A stretch of 63,607 bases of DNA, filler included, from Octopus bimaculoides (Eukaryota): the NCBI RefSeq assembly GCF_001194135.2. It is 3 parts of 3 records of this genome, joined end to end, with 100 filler letters (N's around TTAATTAATTAA, not from the genome) between each part and the next. Parts side by side here need not be neighbours in the genome. Positions count along the whole stretch, not along the records: positions 40,572 to 63,607 come from NC_068982.1; 2 more parts are not named here. One strand, 5' to 3'. Made by a program: the position numbers and the translations under genes. Below are positions 48,083-62,381 of the stretch, in pieces (the first letter of the stretch is position 1; each line of letters opens with the position of its first letter). The notes beneath the pieces are model-generated. The model saw only the letters and a program-made list of their open reading frames with translations. It made no database searches and was not told where the DNA came from.

Positions 48083-50889
48083 TTCCTGCTAATACAACTA
48101 CCGTAGCTGATGCTATTACATTTGCTGCTGCAGATGATGATGATAATAACGACAGTACTGTCATTAATAGAAATCTAATCTCAGTTTTCAGTTTCTTCTT
48201 CAACTTTTGTCTCAGGTCTAATCCATTGTACCTTTTATATGCTGTAGAAACCACGTCAACTTTCATGATATGTTCATACACTATGGTACCCGATTAAAAA
48301 TCACTATTTGGCCCTTGATTTCTCTGGTCAAAATTCTCGCTGTTGCAAGCAAATAGCCCAAGTATCTGTCAGGAAGGTTTTTGAGGTCTAGTCACCAGCC
48401 CTCACTCACTACGCTTCCCTCTCGAGCAAAAGTAAAATAAAATAATATATAAACAAAACATCTAAATCTGTTTGTCAACCTTGTATTCCTCTTCTTAGTC
48501 TTCAACCAACTTCTCGCATACCTTTACCCAGATGTAACATCATATTTCTCTGAGGGAAGAAAATTCTTCAGCACCTATCTACAAATATCCCTGCTGCCTA
48601 TGAAACGTTCATTTTATATATTTTTCACCATTCTCATCTGAATTAATAATATCAATTGGAGGTATATGAATGTATATATATATCCATACATACACACAAA
48701 TATATATTATATCATATGTTATATTATACTGTACTGTGTTTTATTTATTATATCGCATTTTAGTCTCCATACCTCCATTAGGTATGGAGAATATAGTCAG
48801 CAAGGAACAAAAAAGCAAAACTAGAAAGAAAGGAAAAAGAAAATTCATGTATGCGGTTTGTTTGTGTGTGTCTAAATTTTAATATTGTTTGTTAGACACT
48901 TAACATGTGTAAATGTATTTTAAATTTTTATTGCTGATATACTTTATGCAATATATAGAATTATTAAGTGCGGTTTTTTCCATACAAATACAAGTGCACA
49001 ATAATAAAATACTAGTCTCATAGACTAAATATGTTGTCTTTAGAGATTTAAATATTCATTAAAATCTCTGTATCCAAATATTTGATTTATTTAGTAGCAG
49101 ACAAAAATACACTCTCACTCGCACATATAATTACCACCCAAGGTAAACTCATACACACATACATGAAGTTTCGTTTATCTGAACAAAATTTACAGAACGC
49201 AAACTAATAAAATACAATATTTAAAAAAATAATAGATATGTCTATCGTTTTATCTTTTCATTGTTTCAGTGATTAGACTGTCACCATGCTGGAGCAGCGC
49301 CTTCAAGACTTTTGTCGCACGGATCGCCCCCATTACTTATCACGTTTCTAATCCTGTTACTTTTTCTATCTGCCTCTTTTGCCAGAGTGGAACGTTCCAT
49401 AGAAGTAAAAGCACCAAAACTGGTTGTCAAGTGGTGGTACGTGACAAACAGACACAACGTTACACACTCAGGCACAGGGACACTTTATATTATGTGCGTG
49501 CGCGAGCGCATATGTGTGTATGCATATATATATATATATATATATATATCCATAAACATGTATATAATATTCATAAACCTACCCACATCTTTTCCTTTCG
49601 CAATCGTTTTTTTTCCTTCTGCTTAATCACTACTTAACCGCACCCACCTTGTTTCCACTTTCAGTATTCTTCCCACTAACTAACACTTTCGATGGTGAAT
49701 TGACTTTGATTATGATTTTTTTTTTCTTTTTTTCTTAGTGACCATTCCTGTAGTAGCGGTCTTGATAATTTATTTATCAACCTCCTAGTGGCAATGTAAA
49801 CAAAATTGAGATAACAGAGACCTGAAGAGTACCTAAACTGGACTGCGTGCGTAATATATTTCAGCTTCTTAAGAAACAAATATAGTCCGTGCTTTACCTG
49901 TTCCATTCCTTATCGTTTGGATTTTTAGCAGCTTTAGATTTTGAACCGTGAGTTGCGTGATGAGAAAGCTCATCGAAATTTCTTTAAACTTCGATTTGGG
50001 AAGAAGAGTGTATAACTTACGATGATAATAGGTATATCGCCCACTTGTTTTTAGCTGTTCTAACCGCCTAAATGCTTGAAGCTTACTAACTACGCATAGG
50101 CACACACAGAATTGTGCTTCCTCATTTAACATGATATTTGAGTGTAGCTAAATTATATTAGTGTTGGAAATCTAATGTTGGAGAAGCGCATTGTACATTG
50201 AGAGTCATACGAATAGTTCATGTGAATAGGATTTGTTATATTGGATTAGGTGCATGAAAAAGTGGGTGCGATCACTTCAGAGATAAGAGACTATAGGCAG
50301 TGGCAACAAGAATGTCAATGATCATTAGTGCTAATAGCTGAGATAAATTTTCTCAGAGCGATGTTCATACAAGGAATAGGTATGTAACAAAGAGAGATTA
50401 CCTTGAGTACTTTTATGTATACAGCGGTAAGGCAAAATAATCGTTGACATTACGAAGAAAATATCCGTTTTTCTATTTTATTCACACAGATTCCATTTGT
50501 CCGGCGAGGTTTCTACCTAACCGTCTCTCTAAGATAGCATACATTGTTTGGTTAGGTCGATTTTACAGCTAATGCTTCTGTAAAATTTTCGCATCTTACC
50601 CCTTTTACAAGAATGTTCAATATAATTAATTTTAACTTTTTATAATATTGCTACTATATAAGTCCAGGCATGGATGTGGGTACGAAGCTTGCCCTCCAAC
50701 AACATAGTTTCAACTTCAGTCTCATTGGGTAGCACCTTTCGCAAGGGTCTTCTACTATATCCTCGGGCCGACCAAAGACTTGTGAGTGTATTTGGCAAAA
50801 GGAAACTGAAAGAAGCCCAAGAAGCCCGTTGTATGTGTGTGTGTGTAAGTGTGTCTGTATGTATATATACATATATATATATATACAAA

Positions 50890-51589
50890 AAACAAAAAAT
50901 GGAAAAAGAATGTAACAGGCGACAGCAAAACATCCGGACAGTTAAACGATACAAAAAAAGGAAAGGAAAAAACAAGGACGGGTAATTTGCAGTTTCCTAT
51001 CCTCAGTCCAGTTCCAGATCATCTTCGCAGTTTCGGCTGGTTACATACGAGACTGCTCCAATATGGCCGGCCCCAAGAAAATATAAACTAAGAACACTAG
51101 ATTGCTTGGAAGAAAGCAAGAGAATGTATACGAAAACAAGGTCCAAAAAACGGAAAAATGGTACACAATTACAAATGCAAACAACAGGATATTAACAGGT
51201 GTCTTTCGACTAAGGACGAATTAAATTAAGCTGACGAGTGTGGAAGTGAATCCTTACGGCACGAACATTAGATATGAAAGTCATGGGAAGGACTGTAAGA
51301 GATACTACACGGATGGTTGCTGAACCAAGAAAGAAAGGTCAGGCTTGGTGGAACACCGGTCACGTGGAAGGAGAGGAGAGATGCAGGGGGCAGAATGATT
51401 GAAGAATTAGAGAGGGACGAGAAAGAGAGAAAAATAAAGGAAAGGGACAGAGTGAGGTAAAATAGGAGGGAAAGTGAAAATGAAGGGAAGGCCAAGAAAT
51501 GAGAGAGCAGGAGCGAGAAAAAGAAAAGTAGAAAGAACGAAGAAAGTGTGAAAGGGCTAAAAGAAAGAGTAAAAGAGTCGTATATATAT

Positions 51590-51626
<37 letters not shown>

Positions 51627-51880
51627 ACTTACATACAGGAGACGAATAGTGTACGTACGCCGCTATATGTATATATAAAAAAAAGAAAACAAAAAATGGA
51701 ACAAGAAGGTAACAGGCGATAAAAAAGATCCGGACAGTTAGACGCTACAAAATTGGACAGGAAAAAACGAGGACGGGTCATTCAAAGCTCCCTATCCTCA
51801 GTTGAGTTCCTGATCGTCTTTGCAGTTTCGGCTTGTTACACCCGAGACTGGTCCAAACTTGCCGGCCCCAAGAAAATCTA
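50890..51880. repeat. Two direct copies of a ~200-bp dispersed repeat (50890-51090 and 51670-51880)
   Basis: Both contain AAAAAATGGAA.AAGAA.GTAACAGGCGA..ATCCGGACAGTTA..CCTATCCTCAGT..GCAGTTTCGGCT.GTTACA..CGAGACTG..GCCGGCCCCAAGAAAAT. Confidence 0.85.
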
Positions 51881-51899
51881 AATATATATACACATACAT

Positions 51900-51960
<61 letters not shown>

Positions 51961-52899
51961 TATGCATGTGTATCGTTGTGTCTACCATCGCTTGACAACT
52001 GGTTTTCGTGTGTTCATGTCCCCGTTAGCTAGCGGTTCGGTAAAGCGGCCCATAGAATAAATACCAGGTTTTAGAAAATAATAAATACTACGGTTCATTC
52101 GCTCCACTAGAATTCTATGAAGTTGTATCCCAGCATGCCGGCAGTGTAATGAGTGAAACTGGTAAGAGAAAACATATAATGATATACATTTTTCTAAAAC
52201 CTTTTGTAACGTATATCAACATATATGAATGTGTACATGTGTGCATGTGCGTACGCCTCTGTGTGTGCATGTGTGTATACATCTGAGAGTGCAATTTCAT
52301 GTCCACACAAAGCACATTAATGCATATTCATTTATATAAAGTTGCTTGACAGTTCCTAGGTTAAGTTTATTTAGTGTACAATTACAAAACACCTTGTTTA
52401 TCTAAAACTACAAAAGTCACCATTCTCATTCATTATTTGCAATACCAACTGAACCTGCACATCTGTTTATATATACATTTGTACTTCTGTAGGAATCAAT
52501 AAACTATGCCACCTGCTGAAATTAAATTACATTTAGCGAGATTAAGCTCTTAAAGTGTCTCTAGATTATCACGTATCACCGACACTAGTAAGTCTACATA
52601 CTAGAACTATTTCATGTAATATTTCTGTATGCAGCACAGATAAATAGGTATGTATTGTCTAGGAGATGTAATCATAAAGCAAGGCTTGGAATAACATAAC
52701 ATCACTCTTTGTACTTGGTTGCAGATGACAAACATAACTATGAGATGAAATTTTACTGCAGAAAATAATCCTGATGGGGTGTTCAGTCATCGATAGTGTA
52801 AACTCTACCAGTTCATGGATTCCCGGTTTATCTCTCCTGATGAACCTATGAAAATGAAATAGTAATATTTAATTTATTTTCCTTGTTTTTCCTTCTCCC

Positions 52900-53750
52900 T
52901 CCTTACCCACACTAAACTGGATCTCGTCTTGTTTGCAATTCCGCCGCCTTAGATGTCTGTGCAACCACATCCACAACCACATCTTTGAAATCCAAGTAAA
53001 ACATATGGTCCTCTTGTACTTCGACAGATTATCCAGCATCCAAGACCACCACTTCGACAGCACTGCTACACACATACGCGCATATATGCCACTCCCAATG
53101 CCATTACATTTTCTCTCTTTGTGTATTAATCCCTGCTAGCGTTAGCTCCTATGCGTCTTCCAGCTTCTTGGTACCATCACCCTTGAATTAGTACTCTAAT
53201 CTACGAACTCATTTTTCTCATCTGTGACATGGTTCAACTATTAGTCATTCAAACGTGTACGCAGCCTACATAACATACTGAGTTTTAGCTCCTCTATCAA
53301 CTTGCCTCCTACCTTTCTCGACTCTTCTATTGGTCTTAACACCTTTGTCTTACCTGTCTACTCATCACTGAATTTACCTTCCTCACTGGACATACCTATT
53401 AATTCATCGGCCATTGACATGACTGATTCACTGAAGACCTTTGCGACATCCGACTCGAAGACGAACCTTAGTTTTCTTGATACTTGTATTTTGTGGTTTA
53501 CTTAATACAGTATTGTACCGTGTTTGCCATACACAGTGCATCCGAGTAATTGAATCTTCGCAGAGCGTTTTATTTTATCCTATGCATCTTTCAGCCTAAG
53601 TTCCCCATTCCACGTTTTTCAACAATCTTCGAAGCATTAACACTGCGCATACAAGTACTGCTATACTCAATCTCCTGCATCTCATATATACCTTACAACA
53701 AAGCACCAACGTATCCTAGCAGCTCTTTGATACTTTCTCCCGCATACACA
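52900..53750 (+). mobile_element. Very decayed Penelope-like GIY-YIG remnants
   Basis: HHFDSTATH and LLYSISCISYI resemble the HF.S..H and IYCI.C..YIG motifs. Weak match. Confidence 0.3.
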
Positions 53751-53958
53751 CATAAATGAAAACGCATGCATAGTGAATAATTAGAATTCCGAATTCCTGA
53801 CGTGCATATCATAAGCAAACACTATCACATACAAAGACGTAAGCTCCAACTATTCGCCAAATATCAAGCATTGCACAACCGATGACCTTGAAGAACATGA
53901 ACATTCATCCGTACATACAGACCCCCACCTCGATACACCAACATTGGAAGGTACATAG

Positions 53959-53997
<39 letters not shown>

Positions 53998-56333
53998 GAT
54001 ATGTGGGCATAAGAGGCATACATAACCACACTCATATGAAGTCACGGATAGATACTCAACACACTGTGGACCACTCACATACGAAAACTACACCTTCAAA
54101 AATCTCATACACAGATTCATACTAGCACATCAAACAAAGGTCTGATCTTTTATTCCCTCTTCATTCTTAAAATTACCCTTTTCATCAACCATCCCACCTT
54201 CGATGTATCAAGGAGTATCATATAGACTGACTCCTCAAGTATGTTTCAGGATTATCACTCATTATTTTTTTCTTTCGTTTTCTTTTCTTTGATACTTTTC
54301 TCAGTTTCTCTTTGTTTTTGCCCCCTGCTTTCTGACAATCCAAAGATCGGCCGAAGAGTTTTAGCGATTAACTAATTCCCTCTTTCAGTACCCTGTAGCA
54401 AAAACTACTAATATTGATTATAAATTTATCGGTTTTGCTTTGCTTATACTTTGTTATTCACACTTATGAACGCATACTCACGCACAATACACATATACAT
54501 GTATTCACATGCATAAACACACGCACACACACAAACACACACATATAGTTTGTGTTGGTGTGTCTGCGTGTGACAATTATATAATGAATATATTTTAATA
54601 TGTACCAACTGAATGATGCGGCAATCATTTGTGGTTAATATGGATACTGTTTGTATTATACATATGTATCATTGATAGATTTGCATAGGTTGCGATTCAA
54701 ACATGTGTAAAATATATAGAATATGAAGTATGTAATTTATACAAGTGTAGAGCGCACAAAATTTGACAGCGTCGAAAGGATTCCGTATTTTATTTATTTT
54801 CTAAATTTATATATTTATTCAATTATTTGTTTTCTTTTTAAGCAATCTAAATTACGATGGTGTATAGAATTGCGTAGACCAAAATAATATTCTTTTTTAA
54901 CCACGTTTGGCTCCTAATACGATATTTCTATTTCCGAATGTTTGCATTCTAATCTTGTTTACTTCAGGGAAATAAGACCATTTCAAAAGCAATTTAGTGA
55001 AGTACTATTAAATAAATAACGAAATTTACCGAGAGGAAAAAAGAATAACATGAAAATAAAATTAAGAAAAAATATTGCAAAATTAAACAAAACAGAAAGA
55101 TGAAAAAAAAAGAAGGAAAAAGTAGACATTGTAAAAATAAGCTAGAAAAGAACAGATGATGAATAAAATAAGTAGACAATGTTGGAAATATAGTGTTAAA
55201 CAAAAATAATAACAAAAAAACATTTCATATCACGCTGTTTCTTGTGTTAAAACTAAGGGAGGTAAACGGAAAAAGAAAACAAGTAATGACAACAGCAAAA
55301 ATAGCAGCAGAAACATCAGCCGCTATAACTACATTTGCTATAAGAACAAAAACAACAAAAACAACAAAAGCATCATCATGAAGAACATAAACGATTGTAA
55401 CCGCAAAAAAGACAGAAATAACAAGAAAGCTAATACAAAGTCATGATATAGGAGAAGAAACAAACAAAATATATGTGAGAAATATTGGAGAAAGAAAGAG
55501 AAAATATGGAAGAAAAAAGAGCTGCGGAAGTGGAAAAGAAAATAGCAAGTAAAAGAAATGTTTGAGAGAGGGGTAAAGAGAATGGCGAAAGAAAGAGGAA
55601 AGAAATCTACTAGCTGCAAGAAACATATATCAGAAGACTAAATGGCGGCAATATACCATTCCAAAGTGTTAGCATGAATATTTGTGTGTGTTTCGAAATT
55701 CTAGTTATCGCCAAAGTCATAACACATATCACACCGAGAAATATGTGTTAGATGGAACTGTCAACGCTGGTAAAATGAAGAATGAGATGACAAGATTTCG
55801 GTAAATGATGAAGGAGATTGGCAACAATACTCGACAGGGGTCACAGCACACTATCTTTGTAGACCGACTGATTACGAAAGCAGTGAGTTTGGAAAACGGA
55901 AGAAATGAAAGAAATAACTAACAATATAGAACGAAAAATAACAACAAATAATAAACAAAAACAGACAAAACAAAATAGAAAAGATGAAAAAATCTGAATA
56001 CAACAATAAATGCAGAGAGGAGAGACGATGTGGGAGAAAGATTGATATCGTGTTAAACTACCTTACTGTACAAATATATTTATATTCTCATTTGTTTGAG
56101 AAATATGGGTTTGTGTTGGCACAAGCTTATAAAAAAAAAGTAAGGTTTTTAACACGGGGAATGTTTATTCGTGTATCCTAACGGAAAAGTGGAATGGGAA
56201 TCCTTCTGTAGATTTTATTATATATGAATAGTCCCTGATGCGCAATTAAGAACATACATGCACACACATACGTAATGTAAGATGCATGTGTAAGTCTTTA
56301 TTTATGTATACATGCATATATATAACGTTATAT

Positions 56334-56371
<38 letters not shown>

Positions 56372-56863
56372 GAACGTTATATTATATATGCATGCAGCAT
56401 TGCGAAAATAAATTACACGTGACGGAAAATGTGTTCTTATATGATTATCTGAATACAAGTGCATATACGTAATATTAGGTACGTGCAGAGAACGATGAAT
56501 ATATGTGTATGAAATAAAATATATGAATAATATATTATATACATTATAAGACTCATATAATTCTATTATTGTTTAAATATGAAAACATTTCTAGAGTATC
56601 ATGTGCTAAGAATTATATTTTTGAAAACTGAGATAATGGGATAAAATATATGAAGCCCAGAATACCCATCACGACTACCCGTCTGATAAGGATACATCAG
56701 GCACGTGCATCACAAACATATGTGGCGACTTACGGCAGGGACATATGATTTGACAGGCACAGGGAGGAATAAAGATGTTGCATGGATGTTAGACGAACCA
56801 AGACAGAAAGGTCAGGCTTGGCCAAACATCGGTCACGTGGGGAGAGAAGAGAGGGAGCGAGAG

Positions 56864-56907
<44 letters not shown>

Positions 56908-59906
56908 NNNNNNNNNNNNNNNNNNNNNNNNNNNNNNNNNNNNNNNNNNNNNNNNNNNNNNNNNNNNNNNNNNNNNNNNNNNNNNNNNNNNNNNNNNNNN
57001 NNNNNNNNNNNNNNNNNNNNNNNNNNNNNNNNNNNNNNNNNNNNNNNNNNNNNNNNNNNNNNNNNNNNNNNNNNNNNNNNNNNNNNNNNNNNNNNNNNNN
57101 NNNNNNNNNNNNNNNNNNNNNNNNNNNNNNNNNNNNNNNNNNNNNNNNNNNNNNNNNNNNNNNNNNNNNNNNNNNNNNNNNNNNNNNNNNNNNNNNNNNN
57201 NNNNNNNNNNNNNNNNNNNNNNNNNNNNNNNNNNNNNNNNNATTTATATATACAGCAATTTTGCATAGGAACAGGAATGGCTGCGTGTTCCAGGTACAGT
57301 CTCAGTTCGTATCACCTTGGACAAGTATCTTCCTCGGGCCGACAAAAGCCTATCGAGGGGTATACGAAAGAAGCCTGTCGTATGTGTATGACTCTGTGTG
57401 TGTTTGTGTTTGTGTGTATGTGTGTGTGATTGTGTGCTTGTGTATTTGTCCCCCTAGCATCGCTTGACCCCCGATGTTAGTATGTTTTCGTCCACATAAC
57501 CTAAGCTACCGGTTCGGTGAAAGGGAACGATAGAATAAGTATTAGGCTTACAAAGAATAGGGCGTCGATTTGTTCGACTAAATCTGGTGCTTCAGCATGG
57601 CCGCAGTTATAAGACTGAAGCAAGTATAATAATAAAAGGATAAAAGAATATGTGATCATGTGATTTGCTTCCAAGCCTGCATGCACAAACTAGAAGTTTT
57701 ATTTTTTTTATTTTTGCTTTCTTTTTCGCCAGTAGGTTAACAGTGCACGTTCTGTTATGGTTCCTTTTAAGTGATATTAAATATAGTTGAAATGATATTT
57801 GAAGACGTATGTTATGAACGAAGCTATAACTTATTTCCCTGATTCAGTGGTTGATCTTTGTAGGTGGATAACGTTCTGCATAAATATTCCAGTAGTCTCG
57901 AACAGAAATGAAGAAATTATAGAGAAAATGAAAGAATCGGTTCATTATTAGACATTGGAAACATTACCGATAAATCATCAACTGCTCAACATAAATATTT
58001 TATGCATCCATCTATTAACCTGGCTGATCACTTACTATTAGTTTTCATTAAGAAATTATTTTGTGACATTAATGACTTCTTTATCTGTGTTACAAATAAC
58101 TCATGCTACATATGTAACAACTAAATATCTAGCAAGTTAAATTTTCATGTAATTTCATGACTATATGAACATTTTAAAAGTAAAAACTGCGCAGTGAACT
58201 GAAATGTACTTTTCTTTTTTGTGGGAAGAGTAAGACATGAAAAAAAAACAATTCAGAGAATGTACACTATAAAGAATTATCAGAAGCAGATTTGTTTTTT
58301 TTTTGTTTGTTTTTTTTTGTTTTTTAATGTATCACCTTTACAGTTCATTTTACATAAATTATTTTTATTGTAAGTTCCGAACTTTCCAAATACCTTGTCT
58401 TCTACAATTTTCAATTTCGACTCGTTAACCAAGCGGTCAATATTGTATTTCTCTCTTTTTTTTTTTTTTTTCATGTGTAATGTCTTAAATAGTGATATCA
58501 AGATTGTAGGCGGCAAACCAAGAGCGAAAATGACAAATGATATATTAAGAGAAACAATGTAAAAATTTTAAAAAAAGTCAAAGCAGAATCCAGTGAATTC
58601 GATATCACTAGGTGAAGTTTTAGACTAAACAATTCAGCAAACAAAATAAAGAATAAGGGCTAGATGATCAGGTGAAATTTTGTCACGTTAAATTTTCACT
58701 TCAAAGATAGTATTTTACGAATTAAAATTCCTCGTAGCTTCTTGTTTTTATTCTCAAAACCTCAACAGCCCTGCAAAAATTGTGGTCTGAAAAATCTGCC
58801 AGGAAGATTGCTTTTTGCTAACGACAGTAAATGAATTACGATGTGGTGTTATGTTGCCGAAAACGTACCTAGTCGATTGAATAGGATTAGAACAGCCGAC
58901 TGATATATTGTTAATTTACACATAAATGTTACCGTATTAGTGACACATGCTCACTAATACGGTGATACCTATTTTATGTTAAAAGCTAAATGCCTAAATG
59001 CCTATTTTGTTTTATGTTTGCTCATCTTAATAGTGATTGCAAATTTCACAAGTGTTTGTTTCGTCTTCCATGAATCTGATTTTGATAGAATAAATATTGC
59101 TAATATAAATAAGTTCTTTTTGGAGTAATAATGGAAATTTCAAAATAATACCTACAAGTTTATCGGCTGTATAAACAATTACATCTCACCCAACACCTAG
59201 ATACTGTCTTTGTCCTCATGATAATCAATTAGTGTCATTAAAATAAATGTATTTCTATTTGTATGACTTCAGAATGTTAACTGCTACCTAACCCTAGTAA
59301 ACACAAATTCGTATTTAAATTACGCATGAGGTTAAAGCTGGCGATGAAAACTCTGTAAAAAAAAGTATAAAATGAAAGAAAAGAAATCAGTGAATCTAAA
59401 ACAAAATACACTCACACAGGTATTAGTACTAAAAGTAGCTATATGTACCCGCTATTTATGTTATCATCGAAAGTAAATTTTATAAATTCGATCTACTCTA
59501 ATATCGATTTTGTTCATGTTTTCACAAGATAAATAAATACTAACATGATGGGTTAATTTAGACATTAACAACAACAGCAACAGCAACAGCATCAAGAACA
59601 AATAGAAAAACAATAATAAATATATTAATAGGACCCATTTTGAATAAATATAACGTGTACAGAACACTCTTCCCTTGGTTGTCTAGTTAAAAAAATACAC
59701 TGAATCGTAATTGATACAGTCGCAATTGTCTAACGGACTACCAATGAGTTTATCGGAACATTGAACAAACAAAATACAATAAAATGAAGTATTTCAAAAA
59801 TTCGTATTTTAATTTTAATGCAATAGAGAATCAGCTCATAAATTCAATTCAGTCAAGTGATCTGCTATACACATTTATGCATGCATGTAGATAATTATGG
59901 TGTGTA

Positions 59907-59951
<45 letters not shown>

Positions 59952-61199
59952 CGTGTGTGTGAGTGTTTATGAGGCTTATATCAAAAGTAATACAAATATG
60001 CCATACATTTTTATATTAACAAACCTAGGTGTTTTCAAATAGCACACACTGGTAGATACATACTACCTCTATAATCATTATCCTTCCTATTATTGACAAA
60101 TATGGTCTTCCAAGTCGAAGGAACATGCTGTCATTGATTTCTCGTAGAATAGGTTATGGTGGACATCCCCAGAAGGCAAGGATATTTTAAGAAAAAATGC
60201 CATTGAAAAATTTACACAATTGAATAAAATTTAAAAGTGGTAAAACTAGCATTGGAAAGACAAGAAAAAACATGCTATGGGATACAACTAGGTACAACGG
60301 CTGGTATTAATCGCCATAAAGGCAATGAATTGATTCATGTAGGCCAATAGGTCACAATCTTGATGCACAGCTTAATTTGACCATAGTCGATTACAGGTGT
60401 TGATGGTTGTTTTGGTTATTGATGTGTGTAAAATAGGTAATTCTACGGATGACACCGTTTTGAAGTAGAGGTGCTGGGAAGTCTACTCTGATATGCTGGA
60501 AGCATTTGAAGCCGATCTGGTGACGGAATGATATGTGGTCGTATTTCTATAATCGAAAAATGTGTCTTCATGAATGAAATAGTCTAAAATTTATTTTTCC
60601 AAATACTTATAAATGTCAGTAATATACTTATAAAGTTATGGTGGCTGTCGTCTAGCATGGTAAGGGTATATCTGTTTTATTTTATTTTACTCTATTTTTT
60701 TAGGATATGGTTGTGATGTAAGAAATTAACAGCATACTGAAACACATAAAATGGCATTAGAATTAACAGACTGTGTAAGATTCTGAAAACAATGTACATT
60801 CATTACGAACATATGTGACTCTACACATGCTTAGCAATCAGGAAAATGGACTGCTTCATAGCCTTCATCTGTGAAGAACATCTTTCGTAAACAGAAGATT
60901 GTGGCACAAACGACGCGGAGATATAATGGTGTAGTTCTTATCTGAAACTGTTCAATAAGTATTCAGGTCGTGAGTTTAAGTGTGGTGCAATTGCAATACA
61001 CTTAATGAAGATTGTATCGTGTTATATAGAAAAAGTGTTCCGCAATTTGAAAATTTTATGGCAGTTACACATACTATTATATTATCGTCTATAAATACCC
61101 GTATGTATGTTTATATACATACATACTTATGTGTGTGTGTATCTATCTAAGTATTGATATATATAGTTTGAATTTACAAAAAACAAAAGCCGAAGACGT

Positions 61200-61345
61200 G
61201 TGTAAACAACAAATAGGTGTATTAGTTTATCGCTCGGGAAGGTGAGAAAATCTTTTACATTTCGAGCCTACACTCTTCGACAGAGGAACACAAGAAAATA
61301 AACGGAGAGAGAATAAGAAAAGCTTTAGTGGCTAGCGGTCGATCT
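61200..61345 (-). repeat. Short dispersed repeat with a minimal hammerhead-like core (copy 2)
   Basis: Reverse strand reads CUGUCGA A GAG UGUAGG CUC GAAA UG UA AAAG. A truncated third copy is at about 61395-61465. Confidence 0.6.
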
Positions 61346-62331
61346 ATATATATATATATATATATATATATAAGTTCAAAAAAGGAAAAAAGACAAAAAG
61401 ACAACAACGTGAGGACGTGATACAGATTGTGTTACTAGACGCTCGGGAAAGGAAAGAAAGACACACACACATATGTATGTATATATATATATATATANNN
61501 NNNNNNNNNNNNNNNNNNNNNNNNNNNNNNNNNNNNNNNNNNNNNNNNNNNNNNNNNNNNNNNNNNNNNNNNNNNNNNNNNNNNNNNNNNNNNNNNNNNN
61601 NNNNNNNNNNNNNNNNNNNNATATATACAAGGCTGTCTAAATATGCACAATGGATGTTGGTTTATTTTTTTGTTAATCTGTTGTTTTCTGCTATAGCTCC
61701 GTGTAAAGTAGCATATACAAATGGTTAATGTATTCCACACACGACAAGGCCGTGTATCTCACTTTTGCTCGGAGTCACACGTTTTGATCTATCTTAAGAA
61801 TAGAATCTACTCCAGTTTATTTTTAAATGCTTGAAACGTGTGATACGCTTGTGTCTAAAATATTTTGCGAAAGTGGTATACACGCAAACAAGTCATCATT
61901 AAATTCGTGCGGTAACTGTATCACACACAGATATTCATTTATATTGTACATCATGACTGCGTGTGCGTGTGTATGTGTATGTTTGAGTTTCTGTTTGTCT
62001 GTGTATGTGTGTGTTTGCTTGTATGTGTGTGTGTGTATGCGTGTGATTAATCATGCGTGTGTGAAATGCCTATGTACATATTTATGTGAGTGTACAAATA
62101 ATTGTTGCAGCTATTCTTAAGCTAGACGAAATTCACTGCTTATTTTCGTTCACTCCTACGCAATATCAGTTCAGTTGATACTTTTACAATTTATTTCAAG
62201 TAGCTGTGCAAACGGTATATACAGTTTCTTATTACTTCTGTTTGAAATATTAGCTAATATGTCATATGCGTTGTCTTTTCAAATACATGATATAAGAGTT
62301 GTATTATCATTGTCAAATATACGTATATTCT

Positions 62332-62381
<50 letters not shown>

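Noticed and set aside
58330-58395. Possible 66-bp phase 1-1 exon (EDKVFGKFGTYNKNNLCKMNCK)
   Set aside because: Purine-rich acceptor, weak donor, and only superficial GCC similarity.
60830-60950. Minus-strand frame ending ...GYEAVHFPDC after a CAG acceptor, resembling the PDC-S junction expected upstream of exon 39687
   Set aside because: PDC is followed by TAA with no GT donor, and the Cys spacing does not fit a sushi domain.
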